NCBI GenBank assembly: GCA_951406725.2
Contig: OX597820.1
Location: forward strand, 62,062,001-62,126,000
Origin: Octopus vulgaris
Lineage: Eukaryota
Length of the DNA: 64,000 nt
Direction of reading: 5' to 3'
Made by a program: the position numbers and the translations under genes
Shown here: positions 1 to 11,647 of the stretch, in pieces
Position numbering within the stretch: position 1 is the stretch's first letter
How the letters are laid out: every line of letters starts with the position of its first letter
Notes under the pieces: model-generated
What the model was told of the DNA's origin: nothing
Databases searched by the model: none
What the model saw: only the letters and a program-made list of their open reading frames with translations

Positions 1-475
1 GTGAAAAGTCCTGGGTTTCGAGGGGGATCAACTGGTCGGTCTCTTCCGGAGGACTTTCGGGCTGGGAACTATGGATAACTTCTAGAAATCTGTGGCCTAG
101 CAGTGCTGCGGCTTTTTCACCTGAAACGAAAGTGAGGCTGGAGAGGGAGGTACCGTTACCCAGTAAGTTCGTTGAAAGGTGGGTGAACGTGGCAAGAATG
201 ACCCGCGCGAATAGGCCTATCTAAGTGTGTATCTGTAGGCTGGATGGAAAGGAGAAGAGAGGGTGCTTTCCAGAGGAGCCGTTGGTGTTAAGGGTCCAAA
301 GTGCGTCAAGTCTCTTTGGTCAGCTTACGGTAGACACCTTGCACCTATTGGGGAAGCATATTCTTGATTTAATCTTTTTGTTAATCGTTGTGCTTGAAGG
401 ATGTTTACACGTTTACTCGTCTGTGTATCATCCTCTTTGCTTTGTGTTCGACACTGTTGGCCAATTAAACAAAGA
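1..475 (+). mobile_element. 3' end of a Tx1/L1-like LINE, degenerate and internally deleted, ending in a (TTA)n tail
   Basis: Manual translation gives LGFEGDQLVGLFRRTFGLGTMDNF*KSVA*QC and KVRLEREVPLPSKFVERWVNVARM, resembling Tx1-type ORF2 C-termini; followed by a 3'UTR and (TTA)n at ~476-545. Confidence 0.6.
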
Positions 476-479
476 ATTA

Positions 480-547
<68 letters not shown>

Positions 548-549
548 AA

Positions 550-760
550 GGCGACGAGCTGTCAGAATCGTTAGTAATGCGGGCGAAATGTTTAGCGGTC
601 TTTCGTATGACATTGTGTTCGGAGTTCAAATGCCGGGGTCGACTTCGCTTTTCATTCTTTTGGGGGTCGATAAATTAAGTATCAGTGAAACACTAGGACC
701 GATGCAATCGATTTGTCCCCACCCACCAAATTTCAGGCCTTTAGTAGACAGGATTATTAT
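550..760 (+). mobile_element. SINE family B (tRNA-like head GGCGGCGAGCTGGCAGAATCG), degenerate
   Basis: Matches the other family B copies, including the GTTCAAAT B-box-like motif and the GGGGTCGATAAATTAAGTA core. Confidence 0.75.
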
Positions 761-1716
761 TAATCGGTAAAGTTAGAGGACGAATCAAAGGCGTGAGGTA
801 ACTTTGTAACTCATGCGGATTGAAACCTTAAAATATATACACATATGCATTTAGTTCTATTTGTCCTACTTGTTCTACAAAGAAACATGTATGCGTGTGC
901 GTGAGAGAGAGAGAGAGAGAGTGGGGGGAGAGAGAGAGTTCGTGTATGAATGAATATCATCGTGTTTATTTGTTTAGTTTTATATTCACGAAGCTGTACA
1001 AGAAGTAGAGATATTGACCGAACAGAAACAAATGATTTTATCATGTCTATTTTACATACAGAAAGGAAATTTAATAAGATGTATTTACATTTTCTGATTG
1101 GAAGATTGAAATGGAATTTGATAAGTCTGCTAAAATGCCAAAATTTAACTGCTGCATACGTACGCGAATAGGTAACTACACATTGTAAAGACACACACAC
1201 ACACTCACAGACACAAACTCATACGCATACACACATGTATATATGTTTGTATAAACGTACACACAATCATTCAAACAGAGACATACATATATGCCTGCAT
1301 ACTTACAGAAGCACAATTATTTGTATATGTGTGGTGTATGTTTATATGCATATATCTACATATGATATTGCCGTATTATATAATGCTTGAAAGTAGTATT
1401 ACAATACATTATATATAGTTAAAGTTTTCTTCTTTTCCATTACTTTGAGTTTCTTGCCAAACCGCAAACTTCAAATTGTGGCACGTCATTGTTGACTGTT
1501 GTGTGTTTATGTGAATTTATGCTTTATTCACGATAATATATCATTAAGTTTTGTGAACCAACGAATCTAACAACTTACCCCTCACTCTTCCTTACATATA
1601 TATATATGTGAGCATGTAAGTGCGTGCGCTTCTGTGTGTGTGTATGTGTTTCTGTGTGAGTGTGTCTTTATGTGTGCGTGGGTTGGTGTGTCCATATATG
1701 TATGTATTATGCATGG

Positions 1717-1793
<77 letters not shown>

Positions 1794-1854
1794 ATCTATC
1801 TAATCTATCTATCTATCTATATATCTATCTATTTGTGTGTGCGCGTGTGTCTGC

Positions 1855-1927
<73 letters not shown>

Positions 1928-1949
1928 ATGTTACATTACTCGGTAGTCA

Positions 1950-2012
1950 AGATAAAACTCTGAGTTTCAGATGCCGAAGTGGAAATCCACAACACCATCT
2001 CTTCGGTTATCT
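1950..2012 (-). ncRNA. Mirror copy of the type I hammerhead-like motif
   Basis: Reverse complement of 4294-4356. Confidence 0.7.
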
Positions 2013-2206
2013 GGCTATTTGAAAACGTTATGAAAAAATACCGTTAAAAATGAAGGGAAATTACTCTGTTATAACTCTGCTTTGCCTGCGTACTTATACA
2101 TCGCTCGCATTTTTCGTCATAAAAATTATATAAAAATACATAAAAATATATAAAAATATATAAAAATATATAAAATCTTCTTGGGACATAACACAGAAAG
2201 CATGTT

Positions 2207-3394
2207 CTATCCGTTTTCTTTAGGGGACCAAAAACGTAACAGAAATTTAGTCACATGTGGGCATGATCCGAAAAGCTCTGTCCTTGTATTTAGACATGTG
2301 GTAGGGTCTAAGCTGCTTTTCCAGATAAGCCATCTCTCCATGTCGCATAAACCGCACCTTCCGCTGCCGTTAGTATAGGGCTTACATCTGGCCAAAATCT
2401 TCCATTGTATGTTATAATCGACACCTTTATCTCTTAAAGACCAAATATGATTGGATAATTGTGTCGCTTTTCTTTTGTTCCAGTGCCTAAAGCTCAAAGT
2501 GTGGTTATTGAACCTGGCCTTGAAATTACCCTCTGTCAGGCCCACGTATTTCTTCGTCGAAACGGTGTCTTTAGTGGTTATAGAGTTTACGGTAGCTTCA
2601 TATATGATGGTCTTGGACATGCAAGCTCCATTTAGCGGGCACAATTCTTTATTCCTGCATGAACAGCTGTTTTCTTCTTGTGTTTTTTGTATGTTATGAT
2701 TGATTATGTTTTTAAAATTGGTAGTTGAACTAAAACTAATTTTTAAATTGTGTCTATTGAAGAGTTTCCTATAAGCATGGTTAACTGGAAAATGTCTATC
2801 TATCAGTGCTAGGAAATATTTACCTATATTGAAGGCCACCTCGGGTGAGTAAGGGGGCGTAAACCAGATGACCTTCCTAATTCTATTATTCCTTTTCCTT
2901 ATTGTTGGGCTGGTGATAGGTGTATATTTTATTTTTTCGCTAAAACCACTATCTTTTAAAGCTTTATTATAAACTGGGGCAACGCTATTGAAGATGTCCT
3001 CATTAGATGAGAGGCTAGAAATCCTCTTACTAATATTTTTAACTAAATTTTTGAATACTATAGGGGGATGGCATGAACCCACATTAATATAACTTAGTCT
3101 ATCATTGGGCTTCCTATAAGGCTTATAAATATTATTATTAAGATCTAAGGAAACGTCTAAGAAATTGACAACCGTCAGGTTAGTGTCTATAGTTATACTA
3201 AGTCCGAAGTGTTTCATTAACTGGATAATATCCTTCCTAAAACGATCTTGTGCTGGTCCATTTGTATTAGCTGTTAAGGCGAGGGCATCATCTTTGTAGA
3301 TGGCGAAATGTACGTTAGGGAATGTCTTACCGAAGGTATCTAGGAGAAAGAGTCCAATTAGATCACAGATGCCTGCCCCATCATATGAACCCAT
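2207..3394 (-). CDS. 5'-truncated PLE ORF: RT C-terminal half, thumb, linker and GIY-YIG endonuclease (probably Hydra-type PLE)
   Basis: MGSYDGAGICDLIG, IYKDDAL, VNFLDVSLDL, PYRKPND, SCHPP, RKVIWFTPPYS, CSCR..CPLNGAC, IIYEA...YVGLTEGNFKARFNNH, CGLC, CPH; no stops. The ORF track extends it to 3439 through the inverted arm. Confidence 0.9.
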   Translation of the reverse strand: MGSYDGAGICDLIGLFLLDTFGKTFPNVHFAIYKDDALALTANTNGPAQDRFRKDIIQLMKHFGLSITIDTNLTVVNFLDVSLDLNNNIYKPYRKPNDRLSYINVGSCHPPIVFKNLVKNISKRISSLSSNEDIFNSVAPVYNKALKDSGFSEKIKYTPITSPTIRKRNNRIRKVIWFTPPYSPEVAFNIGKYFLALIDRHFPVNHAYRKLFNRHNLKISFSSTTNFKNIINHNIQKTQEENSCSCRNKELCPLNGACMSKTIIYEATVNSITTKDTVSTKKYVGLTEGNFKARFNNHTLSFRHWNKRKATQLSNHIWSLRDKGVDYNIQWKILARCKPYTNGSGRCGLCDMERWLIWKSSLDPTTCLNTRTELFGSCPHVTKFLLRFWSPKENG

Positions 3395-3399
3395 GCTCA

Positions 3400-4100
3400 C
3401 AACAATAAGGAAAAGGAATAATAGAAATAGGAAGGTCATCTGGTTTACGCCCCCTTACTCACCCGAGGTGGCCTTCAATATAGGTAAATATTTCCTAGCA
3501 CTGATAGATAGACATTTTCCAGTTAACCATGCTTATAGGAAACTCTTCAATAGACACAATTTAAAAATTAGTTTTAGTTCAACTACCAATTTTAAAAACA
3601 TAATCAATCATAACATACAAAAAACACAAGAAGAAAACAGCTGTTCATGCAGGAATAAAGAATTGTGCCCGCTAAATGGAGCTTGCATGTCCAAGACCAT
3701 CATATATGAAGCTACCGTAAACTCTATAACCACTAAAGACACCGTTTCGACGAAGAAATACGTGGGCCTGACAGAGGGTAATTTCAAGGCCAGGTTCAAT
3801 AACCACACTTTGAGCTTTAGGCACTGGAACAAAAGAAAAGCGACACAATTATCCAATCATATTTGGTCTTTAAGAGATAAAGGTGTCGATTATAACATAC
3901 AATGGAAGATTTTGGCCAGATGTAAGCCCTATACTAACGGCAGCGGAAGGTGCGGTTTATGCGACATGGAGAGATGGCTTATCTGGAAAAGCAGCTTAGA
4001 CCCTACCACATGTCTAAATACAAGGACAGAGCTTTTCGGATCATGCCCACATGTGACTAAATTTCTGTTACGTTTTTGGTCCCCTAAAGAAAACGGATAG
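3400..4100 (+). CDS. Inverted second copy of the PLE linker plus GIY-YIG domain (open frame from 3300)
   Basis: Same peptide as the C-terminal part of the minus-strand ORF apart from RNRKV versus RIRKV. Confidence 0.85.
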
Positions 4101-4293
4101 AACATGCTTTCTGTGTTATGTCCCAAGAAGATTTTATATATTTTTATATATTTTTATATATTTTTATGTATTTTTATATAATTTTATGACGAAAAATGCG
4201 AGCGATGTATAAGTACGCAGGCAAAGCAGAGTTATAACAGAGTAATTTCCCTTCATTTTTAACGGTATTTTTTCATAACGTTTTCAAATAGCC

Positions 4294-4356
4294 AGATAAC
4301 CGAAGAGATGGTGTTGTGGATTTCCACTTCGGCATCTGAAACTCAGAGTTTTATCT
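4294..4356 (+). ncRNA. Type I hammerhead-like motif in the PLE 3' repeat
   Basis: AGATAA-CCGAAGA-GATG..CATC-T-GAA-ACTCAGAGT-T-TTATCT: stem I AGATAA/TTATCT, near-palindromic stem III; non-canonical C4 and an extra T before GAAA. Confidence 0.7.
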
Positions 4357-4454
4357 TGACTACCGAGTAATGTAACATATTGTATAGATAAATTTCCTCT
4401 ATTTACATAATATTGAGGTCTCTTTCTTTCTTTTGTTATCTTACCGTTTTATCA

Positions 4455-4499
<45 letters not shown>

Positions 4500-4502
<3 letters not shown>

Positions 4503-4715
4503 TGGAGTGCTTTTTTCCTATTGAGGTTTCTAACTAGCCACTAGACATTCCTTATTTTCTCTCCGTGTTTCTTTCTGTGTTCCTTTCCGCGGAAGAACGT
4601 AGGCTCGAAACGCTAAAGACTTTTTCGCTTCCTGAGCGTTATACTAATACATCTGTTTGTTGTCTACACCACCTGTCTTCGTCTTTTGTTTTTTTATTGC
4701 GAATTTTCCCTATAT
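4500..4715 (+). mobile_element. Solo PLE terminal-repeat fragment with a degenerate minimal HHR (4583-4619)
   Basis: CTTT-CCGCGGAA-GAAC GTAG GCTC-GAAA-CGCT-AAAG; homologous to 49320-49500 (-); lies between microsatellites. Confidence 0.6.
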
Positions 4716-4736
4716 GTATGTGTGTGTGTGTGTGTC

Positions 4737-4767
<31 letters not shown>

Positions 4768-4810
4768 ATGTATGTACGTATGTATGAATGTGTATATATA
4801 TATGTGTGTT

Positions 4811-4845
<35 letters not shown>

Positions 4846-4849
<4 letters not shown>

Positions 4850-5069
4850 ATAAAACGGTAAGATAACAAAAGAAAGAAAGAGACCTCAATATTATGTAAA
4901 TAGAGGAAAATTATCTATACAATAATATGTTACATTACTCGGTAGTCAAGATAAAACTCTGAGTTTCAGATGCCGAAGTGGAAATCCACAACACCATCGT
5001 TCGGTTGATTTCCACTTCGGCATCTGAAACTCAGAGTTTTATCTTGACTACCGAGTAATGTAACATATT

Positions 5070-5076
<7 letters not shown>
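4846..5076. mobile_element. Mini fold-back derivative of the 1919-4455 PLE: 70-bp arms 4917-4986 and 5007-5076, tail 4846-4916, within (TA)n
   Basis: Direct reverse-complement match between arms; nearly identical to the 3' end of the large element. Confidence 0.9.
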
Positions 5077-5164
<88 letters not shown>

Positions 5165-5817
5165 ATATACATATGTAGTAAAAATGCACCCGCACACGTT
5201 ATTGCTTATCATTGTTTTGTTAATTCCGCATTCTATAAGCCCATAACCACTACATTGTAGCAATGCCAGCGAGAAGGCCAACATTTGACTGAACACCTCG
5301 AGAGATGTGCAACATGAACAAATATTTTAGAAAGTCGCTGACCATCAACAGTATCATCCATATGAAAAGTAACAATAAGATCTTCGGTAAACAAAAGGAC
5401 GGATGTAAAGCACAAGGTCTGTACACATGTTCTTAAATGGCTTATAAATAATAGTGTACACCTGAATTTCTAAAAGTGGTTTTGGAAGGTAGGTTCAACG
5501 ATAGAGTACAAATTTACTGCTGATGATGTGGCCTATGCTGTGTAGATACTCTATATAGAGTGTGCAAAATGAACGCCTTATGTTGGAGAAGTATGAATGT
5601 GATTTCCCCTTTTGTATTACTTTCGATAGAGGCGACGTGTGGATTTTACCTCTATGTATGTAGGTATGTATACAGAAACACATACAAAGCCTTACATATA
5701 TGCAGATATACATACATACTCGATGGCGATGTAGGTGTGCTTTTATATTTGACATTGCCATTCATGCTTCATTCAGATCTGTCCACAACTAATTTCTTTT
5801 TAAAATGAGAAACAGGG

Positions 5818-5870
<53 letters not shown>

Positions 5871-6296
5871 GAGAGTGAGAGAAGGGTAGAAAGAATTGAT
5901 CCTAGTATAAAACTTTTCGCTTTCTTTTATCAACAGAGTAAAGATGAACGCTAAAATTTGACGACGGTGCAATGAACGAATTTTGCAAGGCAATCTATCG
6001 GACGTTCTAACGACGCTATCAATTCAAACTTTTCTAAAATAAATAATAGTAAAATTCCAATACAAGAATTCATTATATTTTAGATAAATTGCTTTAAAAT
6101 GATTTTGACTGTCTCCAGTTCGTCTTGAAACATTGATTCATTGAGAATTATTGCACCAAAATAATGCAGAAGATAGTTTAAGTGGAGCGTCATAAAGTGT
6201 GTAAAAAAAACAAAACAGAAATGGTACATGAAATTAAATCTTACTGTTAACGTACTTTAAAATAAATATTCCGCATTTAATAATTACTCTCCCCTC

Positions 6297-6354
<58 letters not shown>

Positions 6355-6390
6355 TGTATAATTGTGAAACGGGACGTCAATATATGTATG

Positions 6391-6598
6391 TATAATTGTT
6401 AAACAGGATGTCAATTGATATATACCATTCTAATTTGCCATATTTTACCCCCGTTTTGTCTCTGATGACAGAATAACCCATACTCGAGGATATCCCAGAA
6501 ACAGCTGTAAGATTTTGAATTTCTTCCTGTAATAATATTGTATATGACTTGAGATGTTTGCCTTGCCTTAATGTTTGGTGTCCTGTTTAACAATTATA
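6391..6598 (+). mobile_element. PLE-type terminal fragment with ~24-bp inverted ends and an HHR motif at 6458-6513
   Basis: GTCT-CTGATGA-(degenerate stem II)-GAAA-CAGCTG-TA-AGAT with palindromic stem III ACAGCTGT; inverted ends 6391-6414 and 6575-6598; next to (TA)n. Confidence 0.6.
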
Positions 6599-7093
6599 TA
6601 TCCGCTGCATCGGAAATCTATAATGGCTCTATTACTGCCGTTTCGGCTGTAACCTTTGAGCCCTAGTAATGCGTTACAGCACTTACCTAGCGTACCTAAT
6701 CGTTTAGATCACCTGTGAACTAAGACCTCATACTTTGTATATATGTATGTATGAATATATATACACATAAATATATGCATATATATATATATATGTGTGT
6801 GTGTGTGTATTTATATATATATATATATATATCACTTTTAGGTTTGTAAATTGTTTTTATAGAATTCAGACACATGCATTGTTTACAGAGATGAATTCGT
6901 ATATGAAAGGTAGTAACTTGAAGTAGTGGGTCTAAATTCTGTAGAACATCTATAAACACAAACTTAGAAACGAGAATATCGCACTGTTAACACAAGAGAC
7001 AAAATATTGACTTGTAAACCTTTATAAAAATTAATATAGTATGTTGTGGTCGTAAGACGAACTAATGTGTCTTTGCTAGTAACATATATATAT

Positions 7094-7390
7094 GAAACTG
7101 AAAGAAGCCCAACGTATATATATATATATATATACACACATATATATATGTGCGTGTGTGTGTGTGAGTATGTTTGGGGGGTGTATTTTTGTGTGTGTGA
7201 TTGTCCCCCACAATCACTTGATAACCGATGTTGGTGCGTTTACGTCCTCATAACCTAGCGGTTCAGCAAAAGGGACCGATAGATAAAGTACAAGGCTTAC
7301 AAAGAATGAGTCCTGGGGTCGATTTGTTCGACTAAAGCCGGTGCTCCAGTATGGCCGCAGTCAGATTGACTGAAACAGATAAAAGAGTAA
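7094..7390 (+). mobile_element. SINE family A, 5'-truncated
   Basis: GAAACTGAAAGAAGCCC, internal microsatellite, 3' half ending AAAAGAGTAA. Confidence 0.8.
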
Positions 7391-7401
7391 CAGTGTGAAA
7401 G

Positions 7402-7436
<35 letters not shown>

Positions 7437-7495
7437 TTATATGTATATTGATACACACATACATACATACATACATACATACATACATACATACA

Positions 7496-7526
<31 letters not shown>

Positions 7527-7883
7527 GTATATGTCTGTGTCTTTTATTTTCCGATGGAGGACCAGTTGTAAGTGACATATTCCCTGAAGCAAAAACACTT
7601 TCCCGGTCTATGTTTATCTACGAAACTCTATACTTCCTCTTTTATTCTGTGTATATTTGTACATCATTGTCCTGTTGACGTGACAGATTATATCGAAAAT
7701 TTGTTAAACGTTATTTTCTTTACAATCAACACCATTTTATTTTGTTTTCTGCTTTCATGTCCGTTGTACGTAAGTTTTATTTGTTTAAGTATATCTCTAG
7801 TACTAAATCTGTCTGTCTCTCCGCCTGTCTGACTGTCTGTCTATCTCCGTGCGCGCAAGTGTGTTCTTGCGTGTTTTTAAGCG

Positions 7884-8080
<197 letters not shown>

Positions 8081-8869
8081 TATAGATAAACTAACGATAG
8101 GATGAAGAGTAAATCATAAGTGAATGGTGCGCTTAATGGGATTAAAGTTGAGCATCATCTCATACAATTTAATGTCTATAACAAATACGCAGACGTGTTG
8201 GAGCATCACGGATATCCATGGTGCTCCAATCCTCAGTCTGACTGGACCAATCGGTGTCGGATGAAAAATATGAGGGGGATATTGACGTGGGTTGAGGTTG
8301 TATGGATATATTTCAGAGATACGGAAGGTTTTGTAGAAATGATAACTCACTGTCCTTCCGTTTACGGACCATTTTCTCTCTCACCGAATTTTAATTTTTT
8401 CTTAATCCTTTAATTGCCAAATATGCATATTTAACATTAAACATTAATCTACTTTAGCTGCTTGTTATCCCTAGATTCTGGGACTCGAAGATCTTGATAA
8501 AGCTATAGAGATTTCCATTCACATTCTCTTCTACATTTTCTCTTATCTCTTTTCATCTTCTCTTTTTTTTCTCTACGGTTCATTATCATCTACAAGCATC
8601 AACTCTTGGAATCTGGACAGGAATTTTTAACTTCCTAGTAGAGTCTAATCACGTTACTGATACTTCAAATATTGTCAGTAGTCTCACACGAATAACCTCC
8701 AATACATGACTGATGTTTTCTTTATAGATCCAGAAAGGATGAAGCCCAAGCCATCCTCAGCGGGATTTTGATTCACTGTGCTTAGAACTAGGGCAAGAAC
8801 AAGAAGATACTCTATTTAGAGATCTAATGAATATGTAATTAAGCTGCCATATCCTAAAACTAGTAAATG

Positions 8870-9075
8870 TTGGTTTCAAATTTTGGCACAAGGTTACTTA
8901 AGTTCTATGGATGGTCTAAGTCGATTACATCGACTCTAATGCTCAACTGAGATTTATTTTATCGACCCCACACAAAATAAAAACCTCAGAACCATGTGAA
9001 CTCGGAACGTAAAATCTGAAGGAATGCCACCAAGCATTTTCCCCCGGCGCGGTAAACGATTCTGCCAGCTTGGTT
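8870..9075 (-). mobile_element. SINE family B, degenerate (another fragment at ~8700-8790)
   Basis: TTTATCGACCCC core and AACGATTCTGCCAGCT head in reverse orientation. Confidence 0.65.
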
Positions 9076-9846
9076 CCTTAAAACTAGTAAATATTAAAAG
9101 GCACAAATACTTCTAAATACCTTAGCTCGACATGTTTTTAGAAAGTTACCTGGGGCTGGAGTTTCTTTTTCTCTACTGTGTAATTTCACACCTAGTGATA
9201 GTGACTGAATATCGATTCCGGCATTGTTTTCCCGAGCTTTTGTAGGAGATGGTACCATCTCAGTGGGTAAATTATGAGCCATTACTGATTTAGTGTATGG
9301 AGTGTCAGCCTAGCAGCTGAAAGATCTACGGTTTGCACTCAACCAATATCACTATATTGTATCCAACGAGCCTATAAGAAACTAGCCTATATAGTATAGG
9401 CCTAAACCCATTTTTCTACAGTGTTCTCGACTCTGGGGTGCCTTCTCTGAGGACAAATGTTGCTTTCCCAGGCCTTGTTGGTTCTGAATTACCATTGATG
9501 GTTCTGTATCTTTGCTTTCTTTCTAGGTATAGGTATTGGCCCTAGGCACATTCACTTTTATCTGTGGGATGATGTAGTTCATTGTAGCGTGGCCTCTATC
9601 TTTTGACCTATTCAAAGTGAGAAGTCCTACAAGGCCTTTGCTCTCCGCTGGCAAGCTCTTAGGATCATTGAGACGCACCAGCCGTTATACCGCAACAAAG
9701 AATGAATATTGTTGGGGTTCTAATAGACATAACAGCCAAAATTTCCTCATATCACAGAACAACGTTTGAAAAAATGTAAGTCTGAATATACAAGTATGGT
9801 TGCAACTGAATAAATCTTATTTTTCTGTTTAAGAGATGTGGCTTAA

Positions 9847-9909
<63 letters not shown>

Positions 9910-9921
9910 CAGCAACAACAG
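9847..9921. repeat. (CAG)n/(CAA)n microsatellite
   Basis: Direct. Confidence 0.95.
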
Positions 9922-10805
9922 TATTGCTTTCGTGTCTTCTGCTATCCGAATCTCATTGATGTTTGATCTATCGGTAAATAGGAACGACAAATGACCGATA
10001 TGTGTATTGCATAAGTGATCATTATTTCATTAAATTACATTTTATGACTAACCACAAATCTTCCTGTTGTTAAAATTGGAGATGGCCGGATTTCACTCAC
10101 TTGATTTACGCAGACGTGATGGTCATATATTTAAGAAGTTCATCTCACAATCATGTTTCTACCTCTTTGGACTCCCAGCGGAGTACCTTTATAAGTTTTG
10201 AATTGATTAACAAGTGTTGTTAATTGTGGAAAGGCCAAATTTGAAACGGTGCATCATTCGGACGGGTTGCTTGAATTTTTCCGGAAATTCTTCACAGGAG
10301 TTCAGGGATTTGCGATGCATTCGAACCAGATCTCCATTCTTTTCTACTTCTCGCACCAGACTCACGGATCCTGAAAAGAAGTTATAAAAGCTGTCTTTTC
10401 CTCTCTGGTTGAACTACAACAATATACGAATGCAAAAACTTCATTGAGGGAGGAGGCAACGATCCAGGAACCTCTAGGGATTGATTTCCCCATCAGCACA
10501 GTCATTTAGTTAATACAATTAGTTTGGTTGACCTGGAAATGGGAATAACACATTTTTCCACTTATCCTTATCCTATCAATTACTGCCTATGCCTCAGCTC
10601 ACAAGGAAGACAAAAAGAAGCATACATATCTACAAACATACACTCTTACATACATACATACAAACATACACACATACATACATACATACATACATACATA
10701 CATACATACATACATACATACATACATACATACATACATACATACATACATACACACGCATATACATATACAAATATATATATGTACATGTATATGTATA
10801 TTTGT

Positions 10806-10836
<31 letters not shown>

Positions 10837-11025
10837 GGCGTGTGTGTATACAGAAGAGGTAATTAGCATTGCAGACAACGTGTCGTCAAGAAAAGATTCT
10901 TTCGCATTATATATATATATATGAATGTATATATGTACATAAAGAAACATACATACATACATACATACATACTTACACACACACACACACACACACATAC
11001 ATACACACATACACTCACACACACA

Positions 11026-11066
<41 letters not shown>

Positions 11067-11259
11067 GCACAGACAGTAAATTTCTATCGTAAGTGTGGGG
11101 AACTTCACATTCTTTTACACTTTATCCTTCATTTCCTCTTCAATTGTTTGTATATTTATATATTTATTTATTACCTATGTCTTAGGGTATCGGATACCCA
11201 CCCTAAACATACATAACTGGTGTACTGTTCAAAGTCCTTAGCATCAGTGCTCTATTTTT

Positions 11260-11463
<204 letters not shown>

Positions 11464-11647
11464 AGAAGCAGTTCTTGACGTATTTTACTGAAATTATCTA
11501 TGACAGAATTTAAAGGTTCTGAGTAAATTTCGGACGAAAATCTACAATTTCGTTGCCTGCGTCCAACCGGTGCTGGGAAGTCAAGGTACTACAACGAAGT
11601 AGTCAACTTAACTGAATATTTTAAAAATAATATAATGGCACTTGTAG

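Larger units (their letters stand above)
1919..4455. mobile_element. Penelope-like retroelement in fold-back configuration: arms ~1919-2907 (-) and ~3400-4387 (+), RT spacer 2908-3399, tail 4388-4455, (TA)n on both sides
   Basis: Arms of ~990 bp are reverse complements; by eye only one substitution and one 1-nt indel were seen. RT and GIY-YIG motifs are present. Confidence 0.95.

Noticed and set aside
1620-2022. Many ORFs such as [18 protein letters not shown] and LSIYLSIY here and throughout the window
   Set aside because: Translations of stop-free microsatellites; no coding signal
7548-7632. CCGATGGA...CGAAAC possible HHR
   Set aside because: Stems and cleavage triplet cannot be assigned
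8114-8413. 97-aa non-repetitive ORF
   Set aside because: No recognisable motif or consistent splice structure
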